NCBI GenBank assembly: GCA_964452165.1
Contig: CAYVKP010000005.1
Coordinates: 1-57,993 of the forward strand
Length of the DNA stretch: 57,993 nt
Direction: 5' to 3'
Origin: an uncultured Gammaproteobacteria bacterium
Lineage (GTDB): Bacteria; Patescibacteriota; Microgenomatia; Levybacterales; GWA1-39-11
Every line of letters starts with the position of its first letter. Positions within the stretch are counted from its first letter, which is position 1. This document shows positions 53,936 through 57,993 of the stretch, piece by piece. The position numbers and the translations under genes were made by a program. The notes under the pieces are model-generated. The model saw only the letters and a list, made by a program, of their open reading frames with translations. It searched no databases and was not told the origin of the DNA.

Positions 53936-54760
53936 TTAACCTATCGCCAAATCTAAAAGCAAAGCCCTAACATGCACCTGATGTGAATGTGGATTAAACT
54001 TCGTATGAGTTCTTTCTCTGACATCTTTTACATGAGCTGGGACGGACTTATCTTCCATTACTACTTCTGCCACTAACCTATCGAGCGCAGAGGGAGAGCT
54101 ACCCGAATCCAACCTCCTGCTATAAAATCCTCTGAGAACAGCAACCTCGTATGGTGGCAGTGTCCGAAGAGTATAACCTCCATTTACATGCCTCTCAAAA
54201 CTTTCGTAAAAGCTTGCTATGGTCTGCCCGTCCCACTCAGACCTAACTTTTGCAAGGGATTCGGGTTGTCCATGTCCACGTGAATAATCGGAGAGATAAT
54301 CTTTCATCGAAACAGCAAAATGGGCAACAAGCTCAGGGTCTTCCTCTCCCTTTTCAGCCATTACTATCTCTGCTCTCATGGCATTAAAACACTCTTCAAC
54401 TGCAGTTATACTCGCTGAAAATGGTTTACCCAAATCTTCCATAAAACTGGTGGATCTCATGCGGCCGGTTTTTTGATTTTGTCTTCTCGAGCTTTCCCCG
54501 AGTGAAACGAGTCTAAAATAAAAATAATCCTTATCCATAACCGTTCCGCCTTCAATAACCGCGGCCATTTGAATTCTTCTTTCAATAAGTTCTCCTTTAT
54601 AAGTTCCGTCTGCGATTTGATCTATGGCTTTAAAACTGACACTAACTCCTCTTGCCGCATATTGGGCGGAGCGAGTTCTAGAGTCAACTGAACTATCGGG
54701 TATTGGTAACCCAAACTTTCTTGACGTCTCTGAAATTGACATAGAAGCTGATTCTAGCAA
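53936..54760 (-). CDS. Hypothetical protein (274 aa)
   Basis: Long ORF with intermediate GC. No domain recognised. Confidence 0.6.
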   Translation of the reverse strand: MLESASMSISETSRKFGLPIPDSSVDSRTRSAQYAARGVSVSFKAIDQIADGTYKGELIERRIQMAAVIEGGTVMDKDYFYFRLVSLGESSRRQNQKTGRMRSTSFMEDLGKPFSASITAVEECFNAMRAEIVMAEKGEEDPELVAHFAVSMKDYLSDYSRGHGQPESLAKVRSEWDGQTIASFYESFERHVNGGYTLRTLPPYEVAVLRGFYSRRLDSGSSPSALDRLVAEVVMEDKSVPAHVKDVRERTHTKFNPHSHQVHVRALLLDLAIG

Positions 54761-54842
54761 AAACTGAAGCTATATTCAACTATAGGATTGTTTTAAACTT
54801 TGTAATGGGCGCTACATACGGGTTATGGTATAATTGCCGCAA

Positions 54843-55538
54843 ATGCAAGGAAACAACCTAAACCTTCGCAAAAGATTGGATCGAATTTGGGAAGAACCCA
54901 ACTTCTCATCCTTTTTTCAAAAATATACCAAGCGCTCTCCTATGTCTATAAAGGCCGGAAGAACGGTGTTTTTTGAAGAAGACGAACCCAGAAAACTTTA
55001 TTTCATAAAAAAGGGTTTCATAAAACTTTTCAGAACCTCGCCTGAAGGAAGAAGTACGGTAGTCTATCTTTACGGTCCGGGGAGCATTCTGGCGCTCCGC
55101 GCTCTAACGTCCCACGATAAAAAACTTAAACACACGGCTGAGGCGATGACAAACGTTGAGATCATAACAATTCCTGAAGGATCTTACTTTGACACAATTT
55201 CAGAAAATCCGGAATATATAATCGATCTACTCCACGCCTTCATTGAAAGACTCAACTTTACAGAGAGAAAGCTTGAGGGATTTATTTTAACCGATGCAAC
55301 CGCCCGAACCGCCAATTTTCTATTCGACGTCACCGAAAGATTTGGTGTAAAAAGAGAAAAGGGAATTGAAATTCCTCTACCCCTCACTCATCAAACAATA
55401 GCAGAGTTTGTTGGAGCATTCAGAGAGACTGTAACCGTTGCGATGAACAGACTCCGCAAAGAGGGAATTTTGGACGATAAACGGGGCAAAATAACGGTTT
55501 TGAGTCTTAAGAAGCTTAAGCAACAGGCATTGATTTAA
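54843..55538 (+). CDS. Crp/Fnr-family transcriptional regulator
   Basis: cNMP-binding-like beta-roll (FFEEDEPRKLYFIKKGFIKLF) and a C-terminal HTH (THQTIAEFVGAFRETVTVAMNRLRKEGIL). TGgTATAAT lies at 54826-54834, so the ATG at 54843 is preferred over the TTG at 54834. Confidence 0.8.
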   Translation: MQGNNLNLRKRLDRIWEEPNFSSFFQKYTKRSPMSIKAGRTVFFEEDEPRKLYFIKKGFIKLFRTSPEGRSTVVYLYGPGSILALRALTSHDKKLKHTAEAMTNVEIITIPEGSYFDTISENPEYIIDLLHAFIERLNFTERKLEGFILTDATARTANFLFDVTERFGVKREKGIEIPLPLTHQTIAEFVGAFRETVTVAMNRLRKEGILDDKRGKITVLSLKKLKQQALI

Positions 55539-55565
55539 AAAACTGCTTACGATATAATCGCGACA

Positions 55566-56063
55566 ATGAACGAACAACCCAGACCAAGAAGAGAAGCAAC
55601 CGGCCCATCTCAAGGCCCAAGAACCCCACAAGAGGGTACGAGTCCGACGAGAAAAACTCCCGAAGGTCCTGATAGAAAAGAGGTATTTGGAGCCCTACCG
55701 GGTAATCTGGAACCGGCCGCTCAAGAAGTTGCCGCCGAATTGCAATCTGACGGACTTGACGTAAGAGTAACACGGCTCAGTTCAAGAAGTGATAGATTGG
55801 GGCCGGTTCAAAAGTTGGCTCGAAGCAAAGGCCTACGTCCATTTATGATAAAGGGAAGTACCTATGGTATTAAAGTTTTCACTAGTATAATTGAGCTGGC
55901 AACGGAACAGGCCAAAGACAAACTTAAAAAACATCCAAAAACAACCCTGACTGCTGTTGCCGGCACAGTAGCTTTCACTGCAGCAGCTATTAAGCTCATA
56001 GAAAAGAGACGTCAAGGCAAACAATTGGATGAAAATCCCCGACCTAGATATCCCATAGAATAA
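55566..56063 (+). CDS. Hypothetical protein with a disordered N-terminus and a C-terminal TM segment (165 aa)
   Basis: ORF with intermediate GC. TM segment LTAVAGTVAFTAAAIKLI. Confidence 0.55.
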   Translation: MNEQPRPRREATGPSQGPRTPQEGTSPTRKTPEGPDRKEVFGALPGNLEPAAQEVAAELQSDGLDVRVTRLSSRSDRLGPVQKLARSKGLRPFMIKGSTYGIKVFTSIIELATEQAKDKLKKHPKTTLTAVAGTVAFTAAAIKLIEKRRQGKQLDENPRPRYPIE

Positions 56064-56434
56064 GATCTTCGCATTCTAAATCCCCCAGAGCCTAACAAGT
56101 AAGCAATATTACAAAATTAGTGTATTTACTCTTACTGAAGCATTTATGAATTGCTGTTTTAATTGTATTATGAAAACTTTTATAAAAACAAAAACAGCAA
56201 AAGCGGTTTACAGATCACTAATTTCTTTTATATCCTGGCCCACGACAACTGTTAAAGCATTCTCTGAAGTTTTAAAATCCAATGAATAAAATGGGAAATT
56301 TATGTAACTCACCATAGATAACAACCTTATGAAAATTTACTTATTTTGCACAAAATTAATATACAATCTTCTAATCCACCCTGAATACTTTTTCCCAGCA
56401 CTACTTACAGCATTTTCAAGGAGTTCTATCAAAA

Positions 56435-56539
56435 ATGAAATCTGAAGAAAAACCACCGCTCTCCCCTCTTTTTCTTTTACCAGTTGTGTTGGTTATGAAA
56501 TTAATTTTATTGCTATTGATGATCTTGCGCTCTAGATAA
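56435..56539 (+). CDS. Possible small hydrophobic peptide (34 aa)
   Basis: AAGGAG lies 9 nt upstream. Hand translation: MKSEEKPPLSPLFLLPVVLVMKLILLLLMILRSR. Below the track cutoff. Confidence 0.3.
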   Translation: MKSEEKPPLSPLFLLPVVLVMKLILLLLMILRSR

Positions 56540-56950
56540 TTTAGCTTGACGTTGTAATAATGCTTACAAAAAATAGGTATTGATTGTTACTGAAGCAATT
56601 CGGATTTACTGTTTAAATAAGCCTATATGAGAATTATAAAACAGCTTATCGAGATAATTAAAATAATGTTTGATTCAAGAGAATATATTCTCTTGGCAGC
56701 CTTGAGAAGCAGAGCTTAATTAATATGGTTAAACTAATTGCACTACTGGCAAGATCAGATAAATACAGAATGGTTCTTGAAAAATATAGAGCAAGTGATG
56801 ATTATCGCGAAAGAAGAGAAGCTTATTTGGCCAGGAGAAGACGAAAAAATTCTGATGATAATATTACTCAAAATTGAGCTCGGGTATTAAAGCGGCCAAA
56901 AAGGGGTTACTTAAACACTTAACAATTGGGGTGCCCTACTTTCGTAGGGC

Positions 56951-56966
56951 TAGTTTTGCTCTTAAG
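56951..56966. repeat. 16-bp perfect inverted repeat flanking the 5S rRNA (arm 1)
   Basis: TAGTTTTGCTCTTAAG is the reverse complement of 57084-57099. Confidence 0.9.
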
Positions 56967-56967
56967 T

Positions 56968-57083
56968 CCCCCGGCCTCGACTTATTGTCCCGGGTCCTCC
57001 CCAGTATCGTGGGCGCTGGCATGTTTCACTTCTCTGTTCGGAATGGGAAGAGGTGGTACCATGACGCTCTAAAGACCGAAAGG
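56968..57083 (-). rRNA. rrf: 5S ribosomal RNA
   Basis: The reverse complement contains CCCATTCCGAACAGAGAAGTGAAAC and the rest of the 5S layout. Helix I closes between the two ends. The ends are approximate to within a few nt. Confidence 0.85.
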
Positions 57084-57099
57084 CTTAAGAGCAAAACTA
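57084..57099. repeat. 16-bp perfect inverted repeat flanking the 5S rRNA (arm 2)
   Basis: CTTAAGAGCAAAACTA. Confidence 0.9.
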
Positions 57100-57139
57100 A
57101 AAATAAAATATGTTTCTACAACTAAGCGTTGATTTTCTA

Positions 57140-57993
<854 letters not shown>

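Noticed and set aside
56874-57125. An 83-aa plus-strand ORF.
   Set aside because: It lies antisense across the 5S rRNA gene and its processing stem.

Overview
This 57,993-nt window looks like a low-GC bacterial chromosome segment, probably Patescibacteria/CPR-like, though that assignment is an inference. Sample lines are about 38% G+C by hand count (23/60 at 10021-10080). Backbone genes include radA, pth, gpmA, an S1-repeat protein, an M50 protease, a Crp/Fnr regulator and a roughly 15-kb cell-envelope glycan locus. The right edge carries part of an rRNA operon: a 5S gene and the 3' part of a 23S gene interrupted by a 388-nt group-I-like intron.

Two things stand out.

(1) Three high-GC blocks are embedded in the AT-rich backbone at 1-3234, about 5280-9390 and 15260-18643 (for example 39/60 G+C at 61-120). 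They encode only orphan secreted or membrane proteins, mostly Cys-rich, and these fall into at least three paralogous families. Every ORF there has a strong AGGAGG Shine-Dalgarno site, whereas many backbone genes look leaderless. Block A repeats an 18-20-nt motif in five consecutive intergenic spacers. Block C is bounded by a 14-bp perfect terminal inverted repeat and contains no transposase.

(2) A compact YcaO/SagB azoline-type RiPP locus lies at 45.7-53.9 kb. It has a 59-aa Cys/Ser/Thr-rich precursor and an atypical accessory set: a stand-alone PqqD protein, an HPr-kinase-like protein, an S24/S26-peptidase-nucleotidyltransferase fusion, an HTTM-DCC fusion and an ABC exporter.

Smaller observations:
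- A GC-rich element of about 60 nt occurs in two copies. One copy sits inside a 37-bp perfect duplication of the pth start.
- A 444-nt hairpin-rich non-coding element closed by inverted repeats lies beside block A.
- A sulfatase-PAPS-reductase fusion and a plant-RGP-like gene sit in the glycan locus.

I recognised no CRISPR array, tRNA, transposase or integrase. All functional calls come from motif recognition by eye and no searches were run.
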